This document shows positions 1 through 10,841 of a DNA stretch of 64,000 nucleotides, piece after piece. The stretch covers positions 1-64,000 of the forward strand of contig CAVYAN010000096.1 in assembly GCA_963766075.1 (NCBI GenBank), written 5' to 3'. A model generated the notes under the pieces. It did not search any database and was not told where the DNA came from. It worked only from the letters and a program-made list of their open reading frames with translations. Every line of letters starts with the position of its first letter. Positions within the stretch are counted from its first letter, which is position 1. Source of the DNA: an uncultured cyanobacterium. GTDB lineage: Bacteria > Cyanobacteriota > Cyanobacteriia > Leptolyngbyales > Leptolyngbyaceae. Made by a program: the position numbers and the translations under genes.

Positions 1-371
1 GAAGCCTGGCCTGCGGTGCTGGAGGAATCATTGCAACAGCAGGAGCGATCGCCGAACCGACACCGGCCATCAACTGTCAAAACCCCGCCTCCAATGTGGA
101 ATACAAATATTGTGCACGGTTGGCCTATGAAGCCAGCGATCGCGAACTCAACCAGGTTTACCGACGGATCACAGGAAAAATGGCCAATGACGAAAGAAAA
201 GTACTGACCACAGCCCAGCTCGCCTGGATTCGGTTTCGGGACGCCAACTGCAATGCCGAAGTCTATCAATCACGCGGGGGCACCGGCTATGGCGGCTTTC
301 TCAGCAACTGCTTGGAGCGGGTGACTCGGGCACGTACCACAGAACTCCAACAACAGTTTGAGAATCGTTAG
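1..371 (+). CDS. Lysozyme inhibitor LprI / DUF1311 family secreted protein (5'-partial)
   Basis: Frame open from base 3 (SLACGAGGIIATAGAIAEPTPAINCQNPASNVEYKYCA...). Shows the typical pattern C...C, SDRELNQVY, AQLAWIRFRDANC, CLERVTRART. Confidence 0.8.
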   Translation, partial: SLACGAGGIIATAGAIAEPTPAINCQNPASNVEYKYCARLAYEASDRELNQVYRRITGKMANDERKVLTTAQLAWIRFRDANCNAEVYQSRGGTGYGGFLSNCLERVTRARTTELQQQFENR

Positions 372-495
372 AAGATGCATCTGGCTGGGGCCAACCGACT
401 TCCAGCCACCCATGGCCCCAACAAATTGCCCCAACAATGCGTTAGCCTTTAAAGAGAAGCCTTCCAAGAATACGTCTACTGTAAGGACTGTTGCC

Positions 496-1369
496 ATGAG
501 CCAAACCCTAACCCCCCTAACCCCACTGCCCACCGCAGAACGGCAAACTCCTCAGTCCACCTTCGGTGATTTTATCCAGGAAACCACAGCCCTGACGAAG
601 CGCCTATTTATTCAACTCCAACGCCGTCCTTCAACCCTCTTGGCCGGAATTGTGCAACCAGTGATGTGGCTAGTTCTGTTTGGCGCACTGTTTCAAAACG
701 CACCTCAAGGGTTGTTTGGCAATAATGTCAGCTACGGTCAATTTCTGGGCGCGGGGGTCATTGTGTTTACGGCCTTTGGAGGGGCGCTGAATGCGGGACT
801 GCCCGTCATGTTTGACCGTGAATTTGGCTTCTTGAATCGGCTGCTGGTGGCTCCCCTGGCCTCCCGCTATTCCATTGTGGCGGCATCTGCTATTTTCATT
901 ACGGTACTGAGCCTCGTACAAACCGCCGCGATCGTCGCCATGAGCGCCGCTCCTGGGTGCCCATCTGCCCGGTCCCTTGGGCTTGGGCCTAGTCATGTTG
1001 ATTGTCTTGATGCTGGTGATTGGGGTGACAGCCCTAAGCCTGGGACTGACATTTACCCTGCCGGGACATATTGAGCTGATTGCCGTGATTTTTGTGACGA
1101 ACTTGCCACTGCTGTTTGCGAGCACGGCATTGGTCCCCCTATCGTTTATGCCACCATGGTTACAGGTGGTAGCAACGTTAAATCCACTGAGCTATGCGAT
1201 TGAACCCATTCGCTACCTCTATTTACATCCCGATTGGAATTGGGGCAGCGTTGTCATGCAAGCCCCCTTTGGCTCAGTAACCCTGGGCTTGGCATTGCTG
1301 CTACTCTTGGCGTTTGATGGGGTGGCCTTACTCGCCATTCAGCCTCGTCTCCGCCAGAAGCTTTCGTAG
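496..1369 (+). CDS. ABC-2 type transporter permease, split by one frameshift at ~949
   Basis: ORFs 358-1074 and 977-1369 are the two halves (FDREFGFLNRLLVAP; NPLSYAIEPIR). Deleting G949 gives a continuous AMSALLGAHLPGPLGLG. Confidence 0.8.
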
Positions 1370-1402
1370 CCAAGAGCAGGGTGGCTTACAATCAAGCGCG
1401 GT

Positions 1403-2782
1403 TTATTGGGCGGGCGTAGCTGGAGCAACCACTGGGAAGCTAATTTCCTTCACCTCGCCCAACTGGCCCATGGGCTTAGCGGATTCTTGATTGTAGGTCA
1501 GCATGACTGCACCAGCATTCCCTGACCTAATGGTTAAGGATTTTTGCGCCGACCAAACTTTCTGAAAATTCTTCGGCTGGATGCCTTCAAACACTACGGT
1601 ACCATCCACAGTGACTTCCATCCAGGCATCCTCCGTGAGCGTCATGGCAACCTGTATGGGACTAGAACTAGCCAGTGGAGGATTGGGGGCAGGAGACGGG
1701 GCATTGGTCGAGGCCGGAGCCGCAGGCGACGATGGGCTATTTTCAGTGACTGGAACCTCTTTAGGCTTGAAGACCATAAAGCTGGCGATCGCCAGCAAAA
1801 ATATCGCCGCCCCCGCCGCCAGCATAATAAACGGTAAGTAAGAGGCCCTGGACCGATTTTCCGGATATTTGACCGCAGGCATAGGCAGCCTGGATACAGT
1901 AGGCATGGGCGGCTCAGGCGGCTCGGTCGGGGGCAGCTCAGCCGGTGAATCGACGGTCAGATTGGCCGGAAACGACAAGCTAGGCAATGGACTTGTGGAC
2001 ACATCAGGCGGCACATCAGGCAGCACATCAATCGGCACATCCGGCGGTGGCACAGCCACTACTGACGGCTGCATCGCTGGGTCTGCCGCTGTCAGGGGTT
2101 CTATCACCCGGTCAAGAGGCTCAGTGACCGTAGCAATGGGTTCTTCAGAGGGAACAACAGGTTCACCCATTGGCTCCACCCAGAGCTGACTAGGAGGACT
2201 AGTAGCAGCCTCTAGCGCTTGGTCCGGCGCAGATGGAACGGGCGCAGATGGAACGGGTGCACTGGGCGCAGCCATTTCATCGAGGGCAGTGGCAGCATGG
2301 GAGATTGGGGCCTCGGTGATTGGCATCTTAGAAAAGCTCAGCACCTCAGCGGGTTCGGGGAGCAATGAACTGAGCACCGAATTATCAATCGTTGATTCCG
2401 CCATGATCGCGGCTGGCCGCGCAGCGTTTTGGCCAGAAGGTGAAGGTCCAGGCTTAGGCGGCGACGCAAGAGGAGGCAATGGCCTGACAGGCTGAGGCGC
2501 AGACGCTAATGGGACAATACTCGGCTCGACCACAAATGTCTTGGACAATGCCAGTCCATCCAGACCAATCACATCCGCATAGCGCCGCACAAACCCCTGA
2601 ACAAAAATGGGCTGGGGCAGCTTTTCAGCCTCACCCAGCTCCAGCGCCTTCAACAATCGCTGAGGAATGTAGGTTTTGACTGCAATTTCTTCTAGGGGAA
2701 TCGATCGCTGCTCACGCTCTCGACGCAGATACTCCCCCATTTTTCTAATTTGCTCAACCTGAGCTGGATCGAGTCCCTTCAT
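1403..2782 (-). CDS. RodZ-like protein: N-terminal HTH, Pro-rich linker, one TM helix, DUF4115 C-terminus
   Basis: GEYLRREREQRSIPLEEIA...FVQGFVRRYA HTH; WMEVTVDG..FEG and IRSGNAGAV C-terminal motifs. Confidence 0.8.
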   Translation of the reverse strand: MKGLDPAQVEQIRKMGEYLRREREQRSIPLEEIAVKTYIPQRLLKALELGEAEKLPQPIFVQGFVRRYADVIGLDGLALSKTFVVEPSIVPLASAPQPVRPLPPLASPPKPGPSPSGQNAARPAAIMAESTIDNSVLSSLLPEPAEVLSFSKMPITEAPISHAATALDEMAAPSAPVPSAPVPSAPDQALEAATSPPSQLWVEPMGEPVVPSEEPIATVTEPLDRVIEPLTAADPAMQPSVVAVPPPDVPIDVLPDVPPDVSTSPLPSLSFPANLTVDSPAELPPTEPPEPPMPTVSRLPMPAVKYPENRSRASYLPFIMLAAGAAIFLLAIASFMVFKPKEVPVTENSPSSPAAPASTNAPSPAPNPPLASSSPIQVAMTLTEDAWMEVTVDGTVVFEGIQPKNFQKVWSAQKSLTIRSGNAGAVMLTYNQESAKPMGQLGEVKEISFPVVAPATPAQ

Positions 2783-2996
2783 AGCCTTTCCTGGTGTCCT
2801 GATACGTGACGAAGATCTTGTAGACAGTAAAGCAGGCTTCTTGACATTCGTAAACGTGGCACAGTCTCTGAATGTACCACATCCAGAATTTCGCCATGAT
2901 TTCTGCTTAGGCCGATTGTCACTCAGTGCTTTCCAGGCTGCTCAGCCGTTTGCAACCCTACCGATATTTATTCTGCCGCGATAAAGCCCGCCATCT

Positions 2997-3659
2997 TCAC
3001 TTCAAAAAGGCACTCATCAGCCAAAGCACCAGAAAAGTAATCACCGTCGCGAATAAGGGCAGGGGAGAAGAAAAGCCAATCAGCGCCAATTGGGGGCGAA
3101 ACAACGCTTCTAACAGGCCACCGAGGATGTACCCCAAGACCAAGCCCGTAACCCCCAGCAAAATCGCGCGACCCAATTTATTTTCTTTTTTATACAGGAA
3201 ATAAAATCCCGCACCCACGCCCAAAACCAACGTCATCTGGAGCAGCTTAGCAGAGGCTGCCAAGGGCAGATTAAACTGGGGAGACAGCGCTACCACCGTA
3301 CTGAGCGCGGCATAAATGCCCGCCGACAGCCAAACATCCTTGGCTTCTGGCGTATCCCGCAGATTCTGAATCCAGCTAGGAGTCCGCATTGTGGCGTTAG
3401 AAAGCGCTGGCGATGGAGGCACGACAGCCTTCTCGGGGAATCGAATCCGGTCTGGAACTTTAATCCGTCCTTCCTGCCGAAGCTTTAACCGTTCCATCAG
3501 TACGGCGTCATACGCCACATCAATTTGCTCCAACTGCTTTGGATCACCTTGATGCTGCTCCAATAGCCGATTACGCGCAGCTTGGATATCATCAAAGCTG
3601 GCATCTTCTGAGACACCAAGTTGGTCGTAGGGATTTTGAGTGTTCATAGCCTGTTCCAA
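2997..3659 (-). CDS. CPP1-like (DUF3353) J-like membrane chaperone
   Basis: NPYDQLGVSEDASFDDIQAARNRL...AYDAVLMERLKLRQEG..KVPDRIRFPE followed by TM helices. Confidence 0.8.
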   Translation of the reverse strand: MEQAMNTQNPYDQLGVSEDASFDDIQAARNRLLEQHQGDPKQLEQIDVAYDAVLMERLKLRQEGRIKVPDRIRFPEKAVVPPSPALSNATMRTPSWIQNLRDTPEAKDVWLSAGIYAALSTVVALSPQFNLPLAASAKLLQMTLVLGVGAGFYFLYKKENKLGRAILLGVTGLVLGYILGGLLEALFRPQLALIGFSSPLPLFATVITFLVLWLMSAFLK

Positions 3660-4020
3660 GACCTCCCTTCAAAGCTAACTTAGTCCGGCACTTGTGAACA
3701 AGTGATTTTTTTAGAGAACCTGAGATATCAGAATAAGTCCATCTTGACAAACCTAGGGCATACTATGCTGATGGGGCAACCTTAGTCTTGTAATAACAAA
3801 GGTGAACGGCTAAATTCAGCGATTTGGCTCAAGCTGATCGATTTATTTGCCTCCGATCTGTTTTTCAGGGCGGCAACTTGACAACTATTGTCTAAGATAT
3901 GAAAGAACTGGTAGAAGTAAAGCAGTTTTTAGTCTTTTTAGATACGCTTTTGCTGAAGTTGCTCTGTATTCAAAGTTCTACAGTTAAACCCCATCCTTAA
4001 TTTCGACGAGATCCAAGGTT

Positions 4021-4731
4021 ATGGCTATGTCCCCTGCCAAAATTCTTGTGGTTGATGATGACCCGGCAATCCGGAATCTGATCCATCGTTTTTTGACGAA
4101 GCACAATTATCAAATGGAATCGGCGGAAGACGGCAAGAGTGCCATGGCAGTCTTTGAGCAGTTCAATCCGGACTTAGTGATTCTGGACGTCAATTTACCC
4201 GACGCCAACGGCTATAACCTTTGTCAGGATATGCAAAGCCGAACGGGCGTGTTTGTGCTCATGCTGACCAGTCGCACGGATGAAGCCGACAAAATCACAG
4301 GATTCAGTAAAGGGGCGGATGATTACATTACAAAGCCGTTCAGCCTGGGAGAGTTGGGGGTCCGGGTCGGGGCAATCTTAAAACGCCAGCGGATTGTCAC
4401 AACGGCAGAACAGCAATGTTTGACATTTGACAAACTGGTGATTGATCCGGTTCGCCGGGAAGTAAAGTTAAATGAAGATATCGTGCCCTTGACGGCGTTG
4501 GAGTTCGACCTTCTGCATTTCTTGGCTAGCCACCCTGGCCGAGTGTGGCGACGGGCGGAACTGATTCAAGAGGTTTGGGACTACGAATATGTCGGGGATC
4601 AGCGGGTAGTGGATGTCCACATTGGGCAAATCCGCAAAAAGATCGAGATTGATACGAGCCAGCCCGCACTGATTCAAACAGTGCGGGGTGTGGGCTATAA
4701 ATTTGAATCTCCGGGAATGGTGGTCGAGTAG
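4021..4731 (+). CDS. OmpR/PhoB-family two-component response regulator, no adjacent kinase
   Basis: Receiver domain ILVVDDD...LDVNLP...GADDYITKPF; winged helix VVDVHIGQIRKKIE...IQTVRGVGYKF. Confidence 0.92.
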   Translation: MAMSPAKILVVDDDPAIRNLIHRFLTKHNYQMESAEDGKSAMAVFEQFNPDLVILDVNLPDANGYNLCQDMQSRTGVFVLMLTSRTDEADKITGFSKGADDYITKPFSLGELGVRVGAILKRQRIVTTAEQQCLTFDKLVIDPVRREVKLNEDIVPLTALEFDLLHFLASHPGRVWRRAELIQEVWDYEYVGDQRVVDVHIGQIRKKIEIDTSQPALIQTVRGVGYKFESPGMVVE

Positions 4732-4755
4732 GAAGCTGGCTACTCGGTGGGGTCA

Positions 4756-4995
4756 CTACCAAGTGGGGTCACTATAGAGGGTGATGGTGATCTGCGATCG
4801 CCCCGCAGGGACGGTACTAATGCAGCTACAGATGGCCTCGCCATCGTCTAGCTCGACTTCGCAGGCATGGCAGGAACCCATTAAACACCCGGTAGGGATT
4901 GTGATCCCTGCACGATCAGCAACGGCAAGGAGCGGTTCTCCGGCGATCGCCTCGACCACAATATTGTCCGGCAGAAATCGAACAGAAATATCCAT
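4756..4995 (-). CDS. Small 2Fe-2S ferredoxin-like protein
   Basis: GCLMGSCHAC...CSC cluster-binding motif. Confidence 0.85.
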   Translation of the reverse strand: MDISVRFLPDNIVVEAIAGEPLLAVADRAGITIPTGCLMGSCHACEVELDDGEAICSCISTVPAGRSQITITLYSDPTW

Positions 4996-5101
4996 AGTTT
5001 GGATCCTAAAGAATATCTAAATGAACCTGGGTTTCCCAGAATTTACCCTTACTGTAAGGGCTAAGGACAAACGGGTACGTTGCACCGAAAGGGTTAGGGA
5101 T

Positions 5102-5142
5102 AATAAGCGCACCAAACTTGAAAAGGTTGCGCTTATTTTTAT
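5102..5142 (+). terminator. Intrinsic terminator-like hairpin with T tract on + strand
   Basis: AATAAGCGCA...TGCGCTTATT followed by TTTATTT. Confidence 0.5.
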
Positions 5143-5267
5143 TTGTTATATTTTTGCAACTGGTTCTAAAGAACGAACTAAGCCACCGATCCGCATTACT
5201 CTTGCGATCTTGAACGTAGGATCACCCCTCGGGTTTAGGGCTGCGGCAGAATGTTGCGGCGGAATGT

Positions 5268-6746
5268 TTAGGACTGCGGCGGCAACACTGGCCCTAAGTT
5301 AAGGTGAGGCTCAATGGCGTTTGCCAGGGTGTCCAGTAAAAGTTCGCGTTGTTCTCGGTAGTTAGACACTCCCGTAGGCAAAGATTTTAGACCGCGCTGC
5401 TGGCGTAACCGATTAAGCCATGCCCGCCGCCAGGGGCCATTATCAAAAATGCCATGCAGGTAGGTTCCCCAGGTCGATTGGGTATCATCCACAATGCCCA
5501 AGTTGGGATCATCAAACAAGGGGTGCGTACCACTCGCCTCTTCCATCAGTCGCGTTCGCCCCTGGTGAATTTCATACCCTGTAACGGGTAACCCTTCCTG
5601 GGGAAAGTTGGAGGTCACTTGGCGCTGGCGAGCCACTTTTTGCCCTGCAATCACAGTTTTCAGGGGGAGCAATCCCAGACCTTTGTAACGGCCTTCTTGC
5701 CCTTCGATGCCTTCGGGATCTGCCAAAATTTTGCCTAGCATTTGATAGCCGCCACAAATACCGAGCACCGTACCGCCAGCGGCAACGTAGTTTTGGATTT
5801 CTTCGGCCATGCCCGTTTTATGCAAAATGATCAGGTCAGCAATGGTGGTTTTCGACCCTGGAATGATCAACGCATCGGGATGACCTAGGGATTGCTTGGG
5901 GCTGATGTATTTAACGCTAACGGACGACTCGGCTTCCAGCGGATCAAAGTCCGTGAAGTTAGAAATTCGAGGCAGCCGGATGACAGAAATGTTGAGATCG
6001 CCGTTTGACTGGCTGCTGCGCTGCTCAAACAGACTGAGGGAATCTTCGGCGGGGAAGACGTGGTCCATCCAGGGAATGACGCCAATCACCGGAATGCCGG
6101 TGCGGGCTTCCAACCAGTCAATCCCCGACTGGAGCAGCGATCGCTGCCCCCGAAACTTATTAATCACGAAGCCTTTGATCAAAGCGCGTTCTTCAGGCTC
6201 TAAGAGCTCCAATGTCCCGATGATATGGGCAAAGACACCACCCCGATCAATGTCGGCGACGAGGATCGTGGGAGCGTTAAGATGCTTGGCCACCCGCATG
6301 TTGGCCAAGTCCCGATGCTTGAGGTTGATTTCGGCGGGACTGCCCGCCCCTTCACAAACCAGGAGATCGAATTCTTCACCGAGGCGACGGAGAGATTCCT
6401 CAACCGCTTGCCAACCGGGCTCAAAATACTGTTCATAGTACTCGGCGGCCCCTACCTTGCCGACGACTCTGCCCTTCATGACCACTTGGGACGTCATATC
6501 GCCCTGGGGTTTAAGCAGAATCGGATTCATTTCTACCCAGGGAGCGATCCCAGCGGCCCAGGCTTGAACGGCTTGGGCGTGGCCAATTTCACCACCGTTG
6601 GCCGTGACGTAGGAATTGTTCGCCATGTTCTGCGCTTTGAAGGGAGCCACCCGCCAGCCCCGGCGACTCAAAATACGGCAGATGGCAGTGGTCATTAACG
6701 ATTTGCCTGCGTGGGAGGTCGTTCCCACCACCATGATGGCTTTCAT
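5268..6746 (-). CDS. cobQ: Cobyric acid synthase
   Basis: MVVGTTSHAGKS, PFKAQNM, EGAGSPAEINL, GICGGYQMLG, GTYLHGIF motifs. Confidence 0.96.
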   Translation of the reverse strand: MKAIMVVGTTSHAGKSLMTTAICRILSRRGWRVAPFKAQNMANNSYVTANGGEIGHAQAVQAWAAGIAPWVEMNPILLKPQGDMTSQVVMKGRVVGKVGAAEYYEQYFEPGWQAVEESLRRLGEEFDLLVCEGAGSPAEINLKHRDLANMRVAKHLNAPTILVADIDRGGVFAHIIGTLELLEPEERALIKGFVINKFRGQRSLLQSGIDWLEARTGIPVIGVIPWMDHVFPAEDSLSLFEQRSSQSNGDLNISVIRLPRISNFTDFDPLEAESSVSVKYISPKQSLGHPDALIIPGSKTTIADLIILHKTGMAEEIQNYVAAGGTVLGICGGYQMLGKILADPEGIEGQEGRYKGLGLLPLKTVIAGQKVARQRQVTSNFPQEGLPVTGYEIHQGRTRLMEEASGTHPLFDDPNLGIVDDTQSTWGTYLHGIFDNGPWRRAWLNRLRQQRGLKSLPTGVSNYREQRELLLDTLANAIEPHLNLGPVLPPQS

Positions 6747-6933
6747 GCAAGGTACCCAGTTCTGGATGAAGGTCTATGAAAACGGGCGACGAATGATTTT
6801 ATTTGGATAAGCAATTTAGATCCATCGCGTTCTAAATGAGCTGCCGAATCGATACGCTCTGGCGCTCTTCTAAGGGGAGAAGGAATCCGAACTCCGGCAG
6901 GGTAATCCTCGACAATGCGTCCGGGGCATTGAA

Positions 6934-7347
6934 CTAAGTTGGCAACTTTATCCAGCGATTCAATGCATTATAAAGGCGATCGCCCAGGCTGGGTGCATAG
7001 ACTCGGTCCAAATTCGAGCCACTCGACCATTGCTGCACCAATTGCCGACCCAGGGGGGTAACGCGAAAACTATCGGTCAGCCCTTGCCCATCCACTTCAC
7101 GACGCAGGAGACCGACCTGAATGAGCCAGAGCAGTTCCGCTTCAGCACTCAGCTCAGACAGGGGGCGGCGGGTGTACTGATGCTGCACGCCGGAGGCCCC
7201 CGCAATGCTTTGCAGGGAGACACTGGCCACAGCCATACTGCTGAATAAATGGAGCTGAAAAGGCGCACAACGCATGGCGCGATCGGCGCGATTCAGGGTG
7301 GCGGCGGGATACTGGATAGCAAGAGTAGGACGCGAGGAAAATGTCAT
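6934..7347 (-). CDS. Npun_F0494-family conserved cyanobacterial protein
   Basis: LLWLIQVGLLRREVDGQGLTDSFRVTPLGRQ signature. Confidence 0.75.
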   Translation of the reverse strand: MTFSSRPTLAIQYPAATLNRADRAMRCAPFQLHLFSSMAVASVSLQSIAGASGVQHQYTRRPLSELSAEAELLWLIQVGLLRREVDGQGLTDSFRVTPLGRQLVQQWSSGSNLDRVYAPSLGDRLYNALNRWIKLPT

Positions 7348-8022
7348 GGAGCGATCGCAAAAGTCGAAAAGAACACCGAAAAATTAAATCAATAAAGTAA
7401 GGAGTAGATCTATCAATAGGTTTAAACAGCCGATCCTTAAAATAGAGCCGATCGACCGAATCCTGAATAGAGCCGATCTTTAAGGTGGCTGATCTAAAAA
7501 GAGCTGGTTTTAATTTGTTTACACCTAAATTTCAGTCTATATCTTAAGGGGTTTTCGTCCGGAACGGGGAACACACAGGCGATGAATACAGTAGACACCT
7601 GCGATCGCTCCAGACAGAGCCGGATGAGACGGCCTAGGCATAAAGTCCCCAGGGGATGGGTTACAGGCAAAATTTCCCCAGAACGCTCTTCTCTGACACT
7701 CTGCTTGAGGAGAATGCGCTACCATTTATGCCCAAGACAGCCTAAAACAATTTACCAGAGTAGCCCATCCTAAACAAAAACAATGCGTTGTCCAACAAAT
7801 ATGATGAGTTGCCCAAATATTTTGTTCGGGGTAGCGCTGACTGAGAATCCTGCGAGTATCATGAAGTCTCCAGAGGAATTTCCAGCAGCGCCTAGACAAA
7901 ACGCATTCCCAGGGGATGGTAGTTGCCCCAAAGAATAGCAATTACGGGATATGGGTGCAGACAGGGAATCGTAAGTTAACAAATGACGTTGACAATCATC
8001 GGGCGATGGGCGGCGGGGCGAT

Positions 8023-8466
8023 ATGGTTGATGCAAAAGTCACTAAAGATGAAGCCTTTGGCATTATTCCTATCCTGCACAATGATGCGGGTTATTTATTT
8101 CTATTGATCCAGCACCATGCCGGACACTGGGGATTTCCCAAGGGGCATGCTGATCCGGGCGAATCGCCGCTGGAAGCTGCGTGTCGCGAGTTGGCTGAAG
8201 AAACGGGCATCTCTGACTATCGCATTTTGGATGGGATGTCGTTTTTGGAACGTTACAGCTTTAGCCGCCACGGGAAAAAATTTGAAAAAACCGTGGTTTA
8301 CTACCCGGCCTTTGTCCATTCCACAACGGTGACCTATCAGAAAGAGGAAATCAAAGCCTACTCCTGGGCCACTTTTGAATCGGCCACTGCACTTTTGAGC
8401 TTTGGTGGAGGCAAGCGAATTTTGGCGGATGTTCATCGCTATTTAGCGACCTATGTGCCGTCCTAG
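8023..8466 (+). CDS. NUDIX hydrolase (Ap4A hydrolase-like)
   Basis: GHWGFPKGHADPGESPLEAACRELAEETG Nudix box. Confidence 0.88.
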   Translation: MVDAKVTKDEAFGIIPILHNDAGYLFLLIQHHAGHWGFPKGHADPGESPLEAACRELAEETGISDYRILDGMSFLERYSFSRHGKKFEKTVVYYPAFVHSTTVTYQKEEIKAYSWATFESATALLSFGGGKRILADVHRYLATYVPS

Positions 8467-8665
8467 CCCCCTAGACAATTGTGCCGTCTCAGACAATTTC
8501 CTCCTAGATAATTTCCTAAGGCTAACGCTTCACGGCATTGATGCTGAGGAGGAGGGGCGATCCACGGGCTGCGTCGGGGAATAATGGTAAATTTGGGTTC
8601 TTGATTGGAGTGCTGGCATCCACCACTTGCCTTGATCCTGTTTTCTAGAAACCAGATGGCGGTTT

Positions 8666-9616
8666 ATGTCTCTGTCCCTGCTGCTGCAAAATGTGTTGAA
8701 TGGGTTATCGATTGGGAGCGTGTACGCTATTTTTGCCTTGGGCTACACGCTGGTTTTTTCGATTCTGGGAATTATCAATTTTGCCCACGGTGCGGTATTT
8801 ACCCTAGGGGCCTACTTTACCTATGTGCTGATGGGCGGTGCGTTTGGGTTTAATGGGCTACTGGCCAATCTGAGCTTGCCGCTCAGTTTGCCCTTTGCGA
8901 TCGCCCTCATCCTCAGTGGCACCTGTGCCGGACTGGTCGGAATTGCCATTGAACGCTTGGCTTTTCGGCCCCTGCGGCAGCGCGGTGCCGATCCGCTGTT
9001 AACCGTGGTGTCCAGTTTGGGCGTCGCGTTTATTATCGTCAATTTGATTCAGTATTTTGTCGGGGCGGAAAGCTACACCTTTCCCGCCAACACCTATGGC
9101 ACCTTGCCCCCGGCAATCAACTTTGGCAGTGCCGCCAATCCCATTCCGATCCGCACAGTGCAAATTGTGATCTTCGGAGTATCAGGGCTGATTGTGGTAT
9201 TGCTGACCTATTTAATCAATGGCACAAAATACGGCAAGGCGATGCAGGCGGTGGCTGAGGATGCCACAACGGCGAGTTTGCTCGGGATTGATAGCGATCG
9301 CTTTATTGTGCTCACCTTTTTTGTCAGCAGTTTCCTGGGCGCATTAGCCGGGACTCTAGTGGGGTCCAGTGTCAGCATTGCCGGCCCCTATTTTGGCATT
9401 GGCTTTGGTCTGAAGGGGCTGGCGGTGATTGTGCTGGGGGGGTTGGGCAGCATTCCCGGCGCAGTGCTCGGGGGGTTGGTCATTGGTCTAATTGAGGCAT
9501 TCGTGCCCGGGGACTATTCGGCCTATAAAGATGCCGCCGCCTTCGGCATTCTGTTCATCATGCTGCTAGTCCGCCCCCAGGGGTTGCTAGGGCGCGCTTT
9601 GATCCAAAAGGTGTGA
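8666..9616 (+). CDS. Branched-chain/neutral amino acid ABC transporter permease (LivH/NatD-like)
   Basis: GSVYAIFALGYTLVFSILGIINFAHG; GGLGSIPGAVLGG; LVRPQGLLG. Confidence 0.9.
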   Translation: MSLSLLLQNVLNGLSIGSVYAIFALGYTLVFSILGIINFAHGAVFTLGAYFTYVLMGGAFGFNGLLANLSLPLSLPFAIALILSGTCAGLVGIAIERLAFRPLRQRGADPLLTVVSSLGVAFIIVNLIQYFVGAESYTFPANTYGTLPPAINFGSAANPIPIRTVQIVIFGVSGLIVVLLTYLINGTKYGKAMQAVAEDATTASLLGIDSDRFIVLTFFVSSFLGALAGTLVGSSVSIAGPYFGIGFGLKGLAVIVLGGLGSIPGAVLGGLVIGLIEAFVPGDYSAYKDAAAFGILFIMLLVRPQGLLGRALIQKV

Positions 9617-9763
9617 CCGCGCGCCAATGTCGCTCCACGTCACCCCACTGTCGCTCCGGAGGGCGATCGCCTGCATGACTCCGCGAATTTCCCATCCCAA
9701 CCCGCAGCGGCGGTGTTAGCCTAGAAAAGAAATTCCTTTGCAATCCGGTGCACAGCGGTGTCC

Positions 9764-10813
9764 ATGAAGAAAGTGGTAGTCGGGCTCTCTGGCGGAGTCG
9801 ATAGTTCAGCAGCAGCAGCAATTCTCCACGACCAAGGCTACGATGTCGTGGGGTTGACCTTGTGGCTGATGAAGGGCAAAGGGCAATGCTGCTCTGAAGG
9901 CATGGTCGATGCCGCTAAACTCTGCGAGAACTTGGGCATTCCCCACCATATTGTCGATAGCCGAGACAGCTTTCAGGCCAATATCATTGATTTTCTGGTC
10001 ACGGGATATGGGGACGGCATTACCCCCTTGCCCTGCTCCCAATGCAATAAAGCCGTCAAGTTTAGCCCCATGCTGCAATTTGCCCGGACCGAGCTGGGTG
10101 TGGAACAGATTGCCACGGGACACTATGCCCGCACTCGGTACGATGGCGATCGCCACCAACTCCTGCGCGCCGTTGATCGCAACAAAGACCAGTCCTATTT
10201 TCTCTACGATCTGGATCAAACCGTCCTAGCCCATGTCCTCTTTCCCCTAGGCGACTATCAAAAATCGGAAACCCGGCAGATTGCGGCAAAATTTGGGTTG
10301 CACACTGCCGACAAGCCCGAAAGCCAGGATCTCTGTTTAGTGGAAGCCAACGGCACCATGCAAGCGTTTTTGGACAAGTACATCCCCCTCCAACGGGGAG
10401 AAATTGTGGATCGGGGGGGCAATGTCCTCGGTCAACACGACGGTGTGCATCACTACACCATCGGGCAGCGCAAGGGATTAGGCATTGCCCACAGCGAGCC
10501 CCTCTATGTCGTTGGGCTTGATGCCACTAAAAACCGGGTGATCGTAGGCGATCGCGAAGCCACCCTGGCTGCGGACTGCACAGTTCAGCAAATCAACTGG
10601 GTTTCTATTCCAGCACCGACCACGCCCATCCGAGCGGAAGTCCAGATCCGATACCGCGCCACCGCCGTCCCAGCGACCCTGGTGCCACTGGATGAGGCCC
10701 GCCTGCACATTGTGTTCGACGATCCCCAGTCCAGCATTACCCCCGGACAGGCCGCCGTGTGGTACGACGGCGACGTGCTCTTGGGCGGTGGCATCATCCA
10801 GCGGCAATCCTAA
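9764..10813 (+). CDS. mnmA: tRNA 2-thiouridine synthase
   Basis: [49 protein letters not shown]. Confidence 0.96.
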   Translation: MKKVVVGLSGGVDSSAAAAILHDQGYDVVGLTLWLMKGKGQCCSEGMVDAAKLCENLGIPHHIVDSRDSFQANIIDFLVTGYGDGITPLPCSQCNKAVKFSPMLQFARTELGVEQIATGHYARTRYDGDRHQLLRAVDRNKDQSYFLYDLDQTVLAHVLFPLGDYQKSETRQIAAKFGLHTADKPESQDLCLVEANGTMQAFLDKYIPLQRGEIVDRGGNVLGQHDGVHHYTIGQRKGLGIAHSEPLYVVGLDATKNRVIVGDREATLAADCTVQQINWVSIPAPTTPIRAEVQIRYRATAVPATLVPLDEARLHIVFDDPQSSITPGQAAVWYDGDVLLGGGIIQRQS

Positions 10814-10841
10814 TCAGCCCTCGTCAGTCCTCATCCTCCTA

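Noticed and set aside
1869..2500. Repeats within the RodZ-like gene (PSAPV x3, PDV repeats)
   Set aside because: Low-complexity Pro-rich linker coding sequence; ordinary for this family.
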